64,000 nt of DNA, taken from the NCBI GenBank assembly GCA_964016885.1, contig OZ024758.1:20150001-20214000 (forward strand). Direction: 5' to 3'. Positions within the stretch are counted from its first letter, which is position 1; the number at the start of each line of letters is the position of its first letter. This document shows, one piece after another, positions 40,003 to 55,441 of the stretch. The notes under the pieces are model-generated. The model saw only the letters and a list, made by a program, of their open reading frames with translations, made no database searches and was not told the origin of the DNA. Both the position numbers and the translations under genes were made by a program. The stretch comes from Eledone cirrhosa (lineage: Eukaryota).

Positions 40003-41649
40003 GATAGATAGACACTCTTGTATATATATACATATATATATACATAGATATACACTTATATATATATATATATAAGGGTTTCCTTCTTTATTTATTTATT
40101 TATTCATTTATTTATTTATTTATTTATTTAATGCAAACAAAAATAGCAGAGCAAACAATACAGTACAATGAACATACATATTAGTTTCACACGTTTCGTA
40201 TGTTAATCCTTCATCAGAAATTAGAATGAAAACATAAATGAATAAATAAAAGGGCAGGGGAGAGTAAAATCTAAGAGAAACGAAAAATAAAAAGATTCTT
40301 TTGAGAAAAAGCAGGCCTAGATATAAGGTTCTTACGAGCAACTGAAATATCTTTTTAAACATCATCGATCAAGCTTCTTCATATAATCAGAATAGTATCA
40401 ATAACAAAAAGATATCGAACACCAATAACAATGCTAACGTATATCAGTGATGGTGTAGCTTCTATAAAAAGATACATTTTATTGTAAATTAGATGGCAGT
40501 TTTGACTAGTGAAAAGCCAATATATTATATTCAACGAGCCTACACTTGATATCATTACTTTTACAATTTAGAATTGACAACCTCTTTCAGGAATCCAGAT
40601 TCATCATAGGTACTTTTCCGAGATACATCACCAATTGTTTGTTTCCTTATCAAGAATGTAAGCAATAAGGGCTGCCAGAAAGTGTACTATTTGCTAGTGG
40701 CTTATTATTCAAGCCTCTTGCCGAATGCATCGATCTAATTATGATATTTTATCTCAATAACAAAAACAAACCACATCAATTGTGTACGTTTGGAAATGGC
40801 AGACACAATGTTTACGTACTTAAGTAGAGAGTAATGACTCAATAATCTGGCAAAGAAAGCATATGGTTGCACCGATAAGTAGCACTTGATATGCATTCAT
40901 ATCATTTCGGGCATCCCACTACAAAAACATAACTCTAGTCGGAAGTTATACCAAAGAAAGTATGTTATAAGTCTGTTTTGGCTTGAAACATTGCTATTTC
41001 CCTACAATACATCGCTATGCTGTTCAGTGCGACAACGTGGAAAGGGAAATCAATACTTAATTTTACACGCTATCAATGTCCTCATTTATAAACCTTTGAT
41101 TTACACAGCTTACCGAAATTATTGATTGCTCCATATCTAAATACTTTTACAAATTTAGACGTAACAGAAAGGAAAATATATTATTTTGGGCACATTTAAA
41201 TAATATAAATAACATCACATCAAAGAATGCGCATATACACACACACAGACAGACACAGACATGTGTACATATATTTATCTGCGTCTGAACACGTGTGCGT
41301 GTAAATGTGTTTGTAAATCTATATGCTGATCACAAATATAAATGTATTTGAAGAAATGTTATCAAAAATGATTTATTTACATATTGTAATGCTTAATGTG
41401 TGTGTGGGAGTATATATCTGCGGGTACGCGCTGGTGTATGTGTGTTAATCCACATGTGTATGTACTTGTGTGTGTATTCGTGTCTGTGTTTTTGTACCTA
41501 TCAGTGGTTCTTTCCCTTATAATCAATTAGCATTTATCTTTATTTCGATTATTCGTTAACCAGTGAGATATCACATAACAAACATTTCAGAAGACCACAA
41601 ATATGGGTCTATATATATTTACATACATAATATAATTTACATACATAAT

Positions 41650-41832
41650 TTTTTCTAATTTTGGCACAAGGCTAGCAATTATCCCAGTGTATTACTGGTT
41701 CTTTATTTTATGGACCCTGTAAGGATGAAAGGCAAAGTTTACCTCGACGGGATTTGAACTAAGACCGTAATGGGACGTACCTGTGCTAGAAAGCATGCCG
41801 TCCAACCCTCTATAGATACTGCCAATTCACCA
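41650..41832 (-). mobile_element. Nin-domain SINE
   Basis: Same consensus. Confidence 0.85.
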
Positions 41833-42594
41833 ATGCGAGTATATTTACATTGATATCAGGTTGAATACTGTTTCCATGGTGTTGATTTGTATCTCACACA
41901 GCATCCCACTTCTGAACTACCGCTGCAAAGAACATTCATTTTAAAACGGAATGTATCTAAGCATTCTTATCATATACTTTACTAAATACAAAATAATTTT
42001 TCGAAATGATGTAACATTTTGATAATATTTTGAATATGGCTTCTCATGTGAAATTGCTTATTATTTCCAGAACTAAATATACCCATTATATCTTTTAGGC
42101 ACCTTTCAATATACAACATTTTAAATTAATAACAATCTTACACATGTTCTTTTTAGATGTTTATATTTGGTCATTTATTCTATTGTTGCAAATTAATTCA
42201 GGTTTCTTCGATATCTAACACAAGTTATGTTATGCTAGATAGATAATATCATGTCGATATAATACATTGCTTCTAAAATGTCATTCACTCATCATAATTG
42301 TTCGAGTGTATCTCAAGATTGCTGCATCTCTCCTTCATGAATTACAGCTGTTATAATCACTGTGTGGTTCTGTGATCGAATGATTGGTTTTAGGCATTAA
42401 CTATTTCACGTTAGCTGAAATATGAATCCAAAACGTAATCTCCGGGGAACAGATATTGCAAAGACTGTTGCGTTATATTATCAGCATGAAATTCCGTATT
42501 ATATCATTGAGGTTGAACAGGTAAATTTGAAATCGGTGGAAATTTAACTAATCTAGAAGAGAGCCACAACAAAATATGATAATTCTTCTAATGA

Positions 42595-43012
42595 TTGTTT
42601 CTACTTTTGGTACAAGGCCAGCAATTATCTCAGTGTATTACTGGTACTTTATTTTATAGACCCTGTAAGGATGAAAGGCAAAGTTAACCTCGCCGGGATT
42701 TGAACTCAGACAATAAATGGCCGTAACTCTTTGCTGCAAGCATGGCGTCCGACCCTCTACCAATAGTGCCGATCCACCAAGCAGACGTGCAGTAATTTGG
42801 GGGAGAAGGGAACGTCAATTAGGCCGACCCAAGTGCATTAGTAGTACTTAATGTTATCAGGTTTGTAAGGACGAAAAGCAAAGCTAACCTTGATGGTATT
42901 TGAACTCAGTTCTAAAGGGCTATGGCTTTTACGTTCTCAGTTCAAAATTCATCAAGGTTAGCTTTGCTTTTGATCCTTACGGGGTCGAAACTCCCTAATA
43001 ATCAACATTATG
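42595..43012. mobile_element. Nin-domain SINE (-) followed by an older copy with an inverted half copy
   Basis: Copy at 42595-42778 (-); ~42790-42925 (-) folds back onto 42930-42990 (+). Confidence 0.75.
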
Positions 43013-43644
43013 AATTTCAATGCGTGTGCATTGCTTTAAAACGAATCAGAGGGAAATTAGACTTAAAATCAACAATATTAAACACACTCGTCTATATAGC
43101 TGGTATATGTTATATCCTTTCCATTGATTGTAAGATGTGACTCAGAGATCCATTTAAGAATAAAAATACAAAGATACATAATAGTTATCTGTGATATTCC
43201 GCCATTGATACGACGTAAAACATGAAACTAGACAAGAAGAAAGTAACTTAACATATGTAATATTATGTTGTTAGATTCTTTGATCGAAGGCAACAAGCCG
43301 CAGTATATTCGGAGGATGTCAATCTTTATAGTATAACATATTTTTCAATATCAAATATCAATATTGTCTAGCTCAAATATATTCCCCAAATACATACACA
43401 CGCATAGCCACACTCAGACCCATATTCTCACACACATACACACACACACTCACACACATTAATACAGTGACCCAGATGCAATCTGTCTCAGAAACAAAAC
43501 CCTCTGTTTCTCCATTTATCTCGCTGTATATCTCTTATTTTATGTATGCAATGCACAAAATAATGCACACACGTACACACAGAGACACATTCACACACAC
43601 ATACGTCCATATACATACATACATACATACATATATATATATAT

Positions 43645-43702
<58 letters not shown>

Positions 43703-43706
<4 letters not shown>

Positions 43707-43945
43707 ATTCAAATACTGGAGCGTGTTGGAGTTAAACACCGTCTTCGTATTATAGAAATGACAGTAAAGGGTATAGCTCAATGTAATTAAACAGAGCCGA
43801 AGAATTATGAAAATAAAACAAAGAAGCATTCAATACATCAAAAGTCTTTATTTGCCAACAATGTTTCGTCCTATTAAGGACTCATCAGGGCAATCAAAAC
43901 CACAAGAAGCACTATCGGTCAAGACAAGCCGAAAACTCCGAAGAA
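43703..43945 (-). mobile_element. PLE-like terminal fragment ending at (TA)n
   Basis: Contains a canonical hammerhead followed by AATAAA on the minus strand; its 3' end abuts the (TA)n tract at ~43702. Confidence 0.7.
43852..43893 (-). ncRNA. Canonical minimal type I hammerhead ribozyme
   Basis: Minus strand: UUGCC CUGAUGA GUCCU uaau AGGAC GAAAC auu GUU/ GGCAA. All core nucleotides present, 5-bp stems I and II with G10.1-C11.1, predicted cleavage between 43857 and 43856. Confidence 0.85.
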
Positions 43946-44059
43946 TATATCTATATAGTGGTGTGTTTGTGTAAGAACCCTTGTAAGCGGGGCTGATGTA
44001 GTTCCAACATACATGCATATACATTTGTATATATATGTCTGTGTATGTATCTGTATCTA

Positions 44060-44187
44060 TAAGGACGAAAAGCAAAGCTGATCTAGGCGGGATTTGAACT
44101 TAGAACGTTCTGTGTTCAAATCTCGCCATGGTTAGCTTCACCATTCATACTTACGGGGTCGATACTCCCTAATAATCAATATTATGA
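44060..44187. mobile_element. Hairpin made of two inverted Nin-domain SINE halves
   Basis: taaggacgaaaagcaaagct...gatttgaacttagaacgttctgtgttcaaatc...acttacggggtcg. Confidence 0.7.
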
Positions 44188-44447
44188 TTATGCAATATGT
44201 ATGTATATATTATTATGTACCTATGTTTGTGTATATATGCATATGAAAGTATGAATGTATATGTGGGTCAACATATGTCTTTATGTATTAAAAGTTAGGT
44301 GGAAATATCCAAGCACTAGTCCATAGTACTGGTGGAACTCTTGTGATATATTTCTAAAAGAAGACCATAATGAACCATATTTTTCTCATGACAGGCTCAA
44401 CGAGTTGAGGCCCAGAATCCAACGTAACTTGAGCACCTAACACGTTT

Positions 44448-44528
44448 CCTATTACCCACTCTAATACTCTACGTATCGAGTACTCAGGTGCATTATGGTC
44501 CACCAGGTATCTTACCACAAACTCGCTG

Positions 44529-44573
<45 letters not shown>

Positions 44574-44711
44574 ACGGAGGAAGTGTGGTAAGTAACCAGG
44601 TGGACCATAACGCACCAAAATACTCGATACTGGGTAGTAGAGTGGGTAATAGCAAAAGATTCAGGACCCACCCCCGACGGCCGAAGCTTAGCCGTCGGGG
44701 TCCTGAATATG

Positions 44712-44778
<67 letters not shown>

Positions 44779-44830
44779 CAGAAATAGTCGTCGAAACGAC
44801 TTGAGCTCTGCCGTCGGGGTCATACTTTTT
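44448..44830. mobile_element. Cluster of three family D pieces separated by (TA)n
   Basis: Tail copy at 44448-44530; opposite-orientation tail plus fold-back at 44572-44715 (cgacggc cgaagctta gccgtcg); single arm at 44775-44830. Confidence 0.75.
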
Positions 44831-46095
44831 TAATATATATATATATATATACACACACAAACATATCAGCAAGCTTCACCCATTCATCTCAAGTTAGATT
44901 ATATCGATCCCGTCACTTCTGTTCAATGATTTGAAGCTTAGTCTATATGTCAAAAACTGCTAAATGTGTGCGTGTGTATATATGTATGTCTATGGTTATA
45001 TGTATGTTTCTGTTTTAAATAAACATCCAGCCAAGTCAGTGGTCTTATTTCCTTGAAGTAATTTCCTTTGTTTTCTTTTCCTCATTCGTCATCATTTTCA
45101 TTTCTTTCATTTTTATTTATTTTTTTTTTTTTACTAAATCTTGTTTTTATTTCAATACAAAATTCAACTTTTTTATTATTTTTTTTTTATTTGCCAGTCC
45201 CAACGTTAATATTTTGAAATTCATATTTCTACCTCTACCCCGTGCTGTCTCTAACTTACATTACTCATACCTTCTCTCGATTTCTCTCCATCACTCTCTG
45301 TTTTTCTATCATTTGGTCATACATTTCCAATGTTTCTCTATCGCTCACTCTCGGATATTCATTCCAGAGTCTTGCCTTTTTTTCGCCGCTCCTTTATGTA
45401 ACTTTCCTCTTCAAAATATATTTCCGTTTTTCCATTTTCTCTCTTGAGTTTTGCCGCATTTTATTTCCCGCTCTTGTTTGCATTCTGAATAGTTCATACA
45501 AGCCTATTATACTTGTCTCTTTTGCATCTCTTACCAATCATTCTTTCTCTTTAGATATTTCTCCCTTTCTTCTTTATCAGTATCTCCATATTTTTTTCTA
45601 TGTTTTTCTTTTTTTTAGTTTATTATGCTCCGCTTCCTTTTTCACATTGTGTATATCTGCTTATTCACCTCGTGTCTCTTTCTTTCTCTGTCTATCTTCT
45701 AGCAGACATACACACATACCTATTCACCTATACGCCCACACACACACATTCGTGCTTATTCACACAGAATCAAATTTATGTCGTCTCTCACCTTTACTGT
45801 TTCCACATATTCAATATTTCGCTTTACAATTCACGTCGCTACTCCTCCCAAACCACACGTTTCCCTCCCTACCAACTCCTCAACATAAATGTATGCGCAC
45901 TGTGTCAGATGTTATTTTCTGCCTCCCTCATTTTAGTTATACTATTTTTTTCTCTTTCACTTCTTTATGATTACCTCCTACCACATATTCCAGTGAATCA
46001 TCCGCCGGTAGTAGATATAGTATTCCTTTGTTAGAAAGCCGAAGGTCGGCATTATGCGATTAAATTCCTATTTATTTCTTTGTGTTTTCAACGAG

Positions 46096-46865
<770 letters not shown>

Positions 46866-47952
46866 ATAAGTAAATATATATATGTATGTGTGTGTATATG
46901 TTTATAAGTATGTATATGCATGTATATGTAGTTTGTGCTTGAATGTTTGCACATGCGCCTGGAAGTGAAATGAAAGGGAACATGTTCTTTTATATGGTTT
47001 TCATTTACATTCTCAGGTCTCGCTTCTTGGCCGTTTCATTCAGAAAAAAATAGCTATGAAATTTGATTTATTCTCTAGTATTATATAGATGTTCATCTTA
47101 ACAGAATAAACCGAAACATTATATATCATTTCTAAGATATAATAGGTTCTGCATTTAAATTGTATACAAAACGTTTATTTATGATAGCATATGATTAGGT
47201 TAGATACAAACTTACATACCAAGTTATACCTTTCATACTAAGCTACATAAATATATGCAAAGCTAAATTTATTCACTGCGTTAAAACATATATATGGTAG
47301 GTTTGTATGTGTACTAGTAAGAAATAACTGAAGCATATAAATTATAGCTTAATGTCAACTTAGATTAGTTTACAACCAAATATTAACGCACAGAATAACA
47401 GTAATACATACATACATGTTACCAGTTCTCAATAAATGATTCTACAATTCGATTTTATATCGAAATACTTTTATGGCAACAAAATCACTTGATTGATTTT
47501 GCTCCTGCATATAACTACATTATTTATCCAGTAGGTGGTACAATTACCCTGATCTGCATACCTCTATTTACAAGTTTTAAGGCTAACGCACAATAACATT
47601 AGGTAAATTTGTATATTTTCTGTATGAAATATGTCTGCCTATAAGTTTAGTTCGAATCAAGTACAAAGCATAGCTTATATTGTTAAATCTGGTTTGTTTC
47701 CATTGTTCAACTTTCCAGTGACGTTCGCGAACACCGTGTCCATATTAACGTAAGATGGCCGAATTGGCATAGACTCTATGAATTGGGATTGTAGATGCGT
47801 ATACGTGTCATTGACTGATATATTGAGAATCTTCCTCGTTCCACTCTTAGAATTCGTACTCGCAGAAATACGGTGAAAACTGATAATTTATTTGTTAAAG
47901 TGCAAGACAAATCGGCCACATCCTCTAAGACTTACTTAATAAGTTTACAACT

Positions 47953-48035
<83 letters not shown>

Positions 48036-48037
<2 letters not shown>

Positions 48038-48208
48038 AGAATGGGATCGGATGTGTCGTTGCTAGTTAAGGCAGCTTAAAATAGAGTGAGAATAAGAAAA
48101 AAGCAAGAACGGGTGTGGGGGACTTTTCCTCATCAGTCGTCTCCATGAGGTCTCGGATATTTCCACGATTTAGTTCTTGCTTTCTTCTTAGTCTCACTCC
48201 ATTTCAAC
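48036..48208. mobile_element. Small fold-back element, family H (tail ~48036-48075; arms ~48076-48110 and 48174-48208)
   Basis: ttaaaatagagtgagaataagaaaaaagcaagaac matches the reverse complement of gttcttgctttcttcttagtctcactccatttcaa with 4 mismatches. CTGATGA occurs on the minus strand in the spacer. (TA)n on both sides. Confidence 0.6.
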
Positions 48209-48276
<68 letters not shown>

Positions 48277-48315
48277 TGCATATATATATATATATATATA
48301 TATAAATACATATGG

Positions 48316-48404
<89 letters not shown>

Positions 48405-49420
48405 TCGGTGTTATAATTAGAACACACAAAGACATCGAACTCAATAATTAGGGCAGGGAATACAAATATCTGTCCGTCAGTTGCCAAACTAGAACGGACA
48501 CCGGGTGATTATAATTCGATTGCAAACGGTAATACAAGCCATCCCAAGATATCATAAGATGGAAGGAAACATTAGATACCCTGGAACAAATGCATCTTAG
48601 ACAACAAGAAACTACGGTAAATATACCGAAATTAGACAGCAGTAAAGAAAAATATGTAGGTGAATGAAGTGTATGTCTCTCGACAGAGGAAATTGTAAAC
48701 TGAACAATACAATAAAGCAATAAAGTTAATTGAAATGTGGAAAATTGCTTTACAACAATGTTCGGAATAAGTACCATGGGTTTAGAATAGCGACGCTATG
48801 ACAAAATATTGAAACATTCTTCAGAAAACAAGTACGGACGAGGGCAAATATAACAGAACGTGTTTGTCAAGTGGCGTACAACGTACAAAAGTGAGGTTGA
48901 AGTAGGAAGGGAGAAGTTATCAGTTAATCATTCTGAGTGGTTGTGTATAATTCCCAGGAACTGAAATTACAAGTCATTTGTAGATATTTAGAATGAATGA
49001 TTCTCTCACGTGATACATAACTTTTGCGATTTTTTAAATGTTGTATCTATATTTGCGCGCTGCGTATATCTCGATAGCGTGAACAGAAAAAGTGATGAGT
49101 GGCTGACGATTTTAAATAGATAAGCTTAATAACATGAGTTCTCCTGGGTGTTTCTTCGCTAATACTTATTTCTGGGTTTGCATCTGACTAACTATCAATA
49201 TAATAAAAAAATAAAATAAATATTTATACACTTCACAAATAGGGGATACGTAATATAAACATAAGGCCACACTTTCGAGGAAGGGGATAGTCGATTACAT
49301 TGAGGCAACGTTCTTGATTGGTTTTCTATCTATTGACTCAGGAACGATGTGAAGAAGTGCGGACATCGGAGAGGTTTCAAAACAGAATTAAAGAAGAGAC
49401 GAATCAAATGAGGGCGTTTT

Positions 49421-49601
49421 ATTGGCAGTATTGATAGAGGGTCGGACGCCATGCTTTCCAGCACAGAGTTACGTCCCTTTAAGGACTGAGTTCAAATCCT
49501 TCCGATGTTAATTTTGCCTTTCATCCTTACGGGGTCGATAAAATAAAGTACCAGTAATGTACTGGGGTAATTGCTGGCCTCGTGCCAAAAGTAGAAACAA
49601 T
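49421..49601 (+). mobile_element. Nin-domain SINE
   Basis: Same consensus; preceded by a very degenerate minus copy at ~49240-49400. Confidence 0.85.
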
Positions 49602-50722
49602 TAAAATACATAGACAGTGAGCACCATTCAGATACTACGAATCATCCGTTCTCTCATACTCTAAATTTACAAAAAGAAACATTGATATAATGTTACTTAT
49701 AACAATTTAGCTATAATAATATTCGTGATCTTCATTAAGTTATGAACATTTTCAGTTATAATCAAATTAGTATCTAGCTGTTTATAAAATGTTAGCTAGA
49801 GTTTAAAATATATATACAGAAATGTGTTGACAAAAATGTTAGATCTTTATGAGGAAAAAATATAATTATACATGTATGGATATGAGTGTCAAGGTATTAG
49901 AAAACACAGTTTTTGCTGAGAAGCTAACTACTGTGCCTAATATTATTTGAGACGTGGGGTGTTTATTGTGTTCATTGAATCTAAATTATCATAATGCAAC
50001 ATTAGAATGGTATCAACATATTTTGTTTGATTTTATTATTACATATAGTTCATGATTAATGTGAAAATATATTCTAGAATTTATTTTTATGTCACGTGTT
50101 TCGGAAGGAATTTTCATAAACACGATTTTAAGAAACTATTTGACTAATCACATTGAGATGGAAGCAGCAAGTATAAATTTGCTTTCCTTACTTGAACAAT
50201 GTATCTTTCCAGTGGCTAATGTTTTGTTTCTCATGTGAATGTTCATCACATTCTGTTTCTTTTATTATTATTGTCCCAGTTAATAATATGGAAGATATAT
50301 ATTAACGGAACTTACCCAAATAAAAAAACAGAAAGAATTAAATATTTTCCAATTAGAAACAAACATTATGAGGCAGGAATCCCATAAGGTTTCTTGCGAA
50401 TGCTAGAATAATACAATGTTTACCAAGCGGTTGTCGATTTTTTTGTGAGTTGCAATATAACTGACACGCGAAATCGCGTGTTGCTCGCCTCAACAAATAA
50501 GTCAGGCAGTATGGTATGTTGTTAACACCATATAATATGAAGGAACGTATACATTAGGAAGGTAAATAATGGTAAGGCCAATGCTTTCAGATTAAGCATA
50601 TAATTTACAGTGTTGCTACTAATTATTATTATTATCATTTATTAGATTTTGTAGCAGTAGTAGTAGTATTGGCAGTACTACTGTCATGACAACTATAAGT
50701 GGGTTAAATGTTTTATAGGTGG

Positions 50723-50802
<80 letters not shown>

Positions 50803-50808
50803 GTATAT

Positions 50809-51148
<340 letters not shown>

Positions 51149-51167
51149 GTATATATATAAATATATG

Positions 51168-51225
<58 letters not shown>

Positions 51226-51351
51226 AAAGTTTTATTTAAAATTGTTGGGTTATAACAAGTAAATATTTTATAACTGATATAAACCACTCGACAAGTTTTT
51301 GGAGTAGATACAATATTAAACAAATGGAAACTAGATTTATAAAACCATATC

Positions 51352-51417
51352 TATTTCATTATACATATTTCAGGGATACCATATTAAAAATATGGCATGC
51401 CTTCGTCAGATAAAATA
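51352..51417 (-). ncRNA. Type I hammerhead ribozyme (family B, left arm)
   Basis: UAUUUUAU CUGACGA AGGCAUGCCAUAUU uuu AAUAUGGUAUCCCU GAAAU augu AUA/ AUGAAAUA. Confidence 0.75.
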
Positions 51418-51571
51418 CAATATATAAACAGTTTTATAAATGATTTTGACGTACCATATTATAAGCGACCATTATATTAGGAAGCTGTCTGTCTACCCAG
51501 ACAGCTTCCTAATATAATGGTCGCTTATAATATGGTACGTCAAAATCATTTATAAAACTGTTTATATATTG

Positions 51572-51637
51572 TATTTTATCTGACGAAGGCATGCCATATT
51601 TTTAATATGGTATCCCTGAAATATGTATAATGAAAGA
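51572..51637 (+). ncRNA. Type I hammerhead ribozyme (family B, right arm)
   Basis: Mirror of 51352-51417 with one change in distal stem I. Confidence 0.75.
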
Positions 51638-51799
51638 GATATGGTTTATAAATACAGTTTCCATTTGTTTAATATTATATATATATATATATATATTTAT
51701 TAAAATAACAGATTAAAGTTTAAGCAAAGAATCGCTGCTTTCACCCTTAACGGGATCTTCTGAAACCCCTCTTTGGAACTCAGTCTTTAAATTTATTAT

Positions 51800-51855
<56 letters not shown>

Positions 51856-52377
51856 ATTCTTTGGGAGAGTCATGTTGCCAATATATATATATATATAGGC
51901 AACCAATTGGCATGTTCGTTGGAAAGTCAAATACAGTAATTTGCGTTATTCGTTGTGGTACTCGTTCAGGTTTTCTAATTTCTGCGTTCAAGACGTGCCG
52001 AGGACGTCATTGCAATTCACATTTTTAAAGTTAAGAAAAAAAAAATACAGATTATGTATTGGGATCGATTCTACCTTTATATCTCGTTCAAACTGATTTC
52101 AGAACTGGAGATAAGATGGGCTCCAGCAAGTTTTAAACTACACTAAGAAACGCTGTACTACGATGCCCTTAGGATTCTGTGAGTGTTGAGGGACTAAAGA
52201 AAAAGAGATGTATAATATATATATATACATATTGATTATATATACCACAGGGGTAAACATTTAACGAAAAGAAAGTGAAAAACCAACTGGAGTATCTTTA
52301 AGAATATGTGTTTACTCTAGTATAATTGAGATGGAGAGTATGTATTTCAGTTGTAGTGTCATATATATATATATATT

Positions 52378-52412
<35 letters not shown>

Positions 52413-52965
52413 GTGTGCGTGTTTGTGTGTGTGTATATGTATATATATATATATATTGTCAAAGATTTCCCTGAGTCGGTTTTGTTCGTTGTTCTTGTAC
52501 TAGCGGCTCGCATTTCGGTCGCTGGCTTTAATTTGCATACCTGTCTAAATGTAATGTTATAACTCTGAGGTAAAATTCCTTATTGAATGCTTTTGGCTGC
52601 ACTTACCGACAGCATTCGTTAGCTTTCCCGCAACCAGAGCTTCGATTATGCTGTACTACCTTATTGTATATATATATCAATTTATTGTGTGCACGGTTGT
52701 TGCTGGTGAAACGTCACTTTTTACTGTGGTGGATTCTGCTGAATGCCCTACAGTTCCATCTATTCCCTACCTGCAGAATTGTGGTAGATTAATCAGAAAT
52801 AGAAAACATAATCAAATAATAAAGAAAACTCTGAAAGCGCACTTAAAGAATTAACAAATTAATTATAGCGATATGATCAATCATGAATTGGCTTATGTAT
52901 TTTAATCAACGTTTCATCGAAAAATATATGTAACCAAACAATTAATAAAATAAGCATCTGAATGA

Positions 52966-53550
<585 letters not shown>

Positions 53551-54070
53551 TGATTTATACATAAAAGCACATCGTGTAGTAGATTTAACTTGAATTCCTT
53601 TGAGGTAGGACTATAGATTATATTCCTGAGTATATGGCTTCAAACAAATCTAGAAACATTCCATCAGACTCCTTGTATACAACAGTTATGGCTAATCATC
53701 AGTTTTTCAGAATCAGATTGCTATACCATTGTCACTACATTGTGAGTTATAGTCAAACGTTGTTTAGAAATTAGGACATGTCTGAAATGACCAAATTATT
53801 TTTTATAATATACATTTATGGCCTATGTGATTAAATATATTAAGAAACATTATGCATAACACATCATGTATTAGAATGTCTAACATACAATTATTGTAGG
53901 TAGATATAACTTAATTATGCATGTTTAATTAAAAGGAGAAAACGACATATATTCATACACAGGCACTACGACAAACACAGACTTACATTTGCACTTATAT
54001 AAATACACACACACACACACACGCACACACACACACACACGCACACACACACACAATATATATATAGAGG

Positions 54071-54833
54071 ATCGGCAGTACCGGTAGAGGGTCAGACGCC
54101 ATGCTTTGACGCATACAGTTACGGCTCTTGCCATTCTGAGTTGAAATTCCACCGCGGTTAACTTTGCCTTTCATCCTTACTTGGTCGATAAAATAAAGTA
54201 CCAGTAATGCAGTGGGTAACTGCTGGCCTTGTGCCAAAAGTAGAAACAATTAGTTGTTTGGTTTCAAGTCAGCTTTGACTGAACAGACTTGTAACCTACG
54301 GTTATACTATGCTATCCTTGCTATTAGCAGTTCTCGTGGCCTCATATAAGGCTATACTCATATTATTAAGGCTAAATTATGACTATTGTTTCTTTGGAAT
54401 TTGCTCTTCTTCTCAGTTGAAATTCCACAGTAATAATACTCACTATTTACACTTAATAATTGTTTCTACTTTAGGCACAAGGCCAGCAATTACCCAGTGC
54501 ATTACTGGTACTTTATTTTATCGACCCCGTAAGGATGAAAGGCAAAGTCAACCTCGGCGGAATTTGAACTCAGATCGTAAAGGGACGTAACTATGCTGGA
54601 AAGCATGGCGTCCGACCCTCTACCGATACTGCCAATCCACCACCATTATTTACGTGAATTGGCAGTATCGGTAGAAGGTTAGACGCCATGCTTTCTAGCA
54701 TAGTTACCTCCCTTTACAGTCTGAGTTCAAATCCCGCCGAGGTTAACTTTGCCTTTCATCCTTACGGGGTCGATAAAATAAAGTACCAGTAATGTACTGG
54801 GTAATTGCTGGCCTTGTGTCTAAAGTAGAAACA
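54071..54833. mobile_element. Nin-domain SINE cluster (+, -, +)
   Basis: Copies at 54071-54250 (+), 54461-54643 (-) and 54654-54833 (+). Confidence 0.9.
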
Positions 54834-54929
54834 AATATTCACACTTAATAATATGCATATTTAAGATCGACTTCGGTATCGTGTATTCTTTCTGTAGGTC
54901 ATACTAATATATATGCATACTAATATATA

Positions 54930-54980
<51 letters not shown>

Positions 54981-54983
54981 ATA

Positions 54984-55071
<88 letters not shown>

Positions 55072-55192
55072 AATATATATATATATATGTATATAATATG
55101 TATTTATCTAAAACGTAATCAGGCACAGCACTACACTATATGGAAGGAATATATTGAGTTAACGCTTGAAATATCAGGAAGATAGTATTAAC

Positions 55193-55241
<49 letters not shown>

Positions 55242-55409
55242 AAGAGTGAATAATAATATGGACAGCTGTACAAATGGGTTTTATTTACATTATTAACAAT
55301 TGTTTCGTTGATCAGGTTATTCTAAAAGCCGCTGATCACTTGAAATTGCGTAACTCGACCTTAAATACTGTGTTCCGATCAAATCATCGGAATACTGGCA
55401 TTTATATAT

Positions 55410-55441
<32 letters not shown>

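Larger units (their letters stand above)
51221..51676. mobile_element. Fold-back PLE-terminus-like element, family B (tail ~51221-51311; arms 51312-51491 and 51498-51676)
   Basis: About 180-bp arms with a few mismatches around the loop tctacc, the same ~90-bp tail as the other B copies, and (TA)n on both sides. Confidence 0.9.

Noticed and set aside
40188-40220. Hammerhead-like motif on the minus strand
   Set aside because: The core is present but stem II is broken and the triplet is GUG. Treated as a decayed family G-related copy, not a functional ribozyme.
45242-45970. 242-aa hydrophobic ORF
   Set aside because: Pyrimidine-rich low-complexity DNA depleted of stops; overlapping ORFs in other frames; no recognisable domain.
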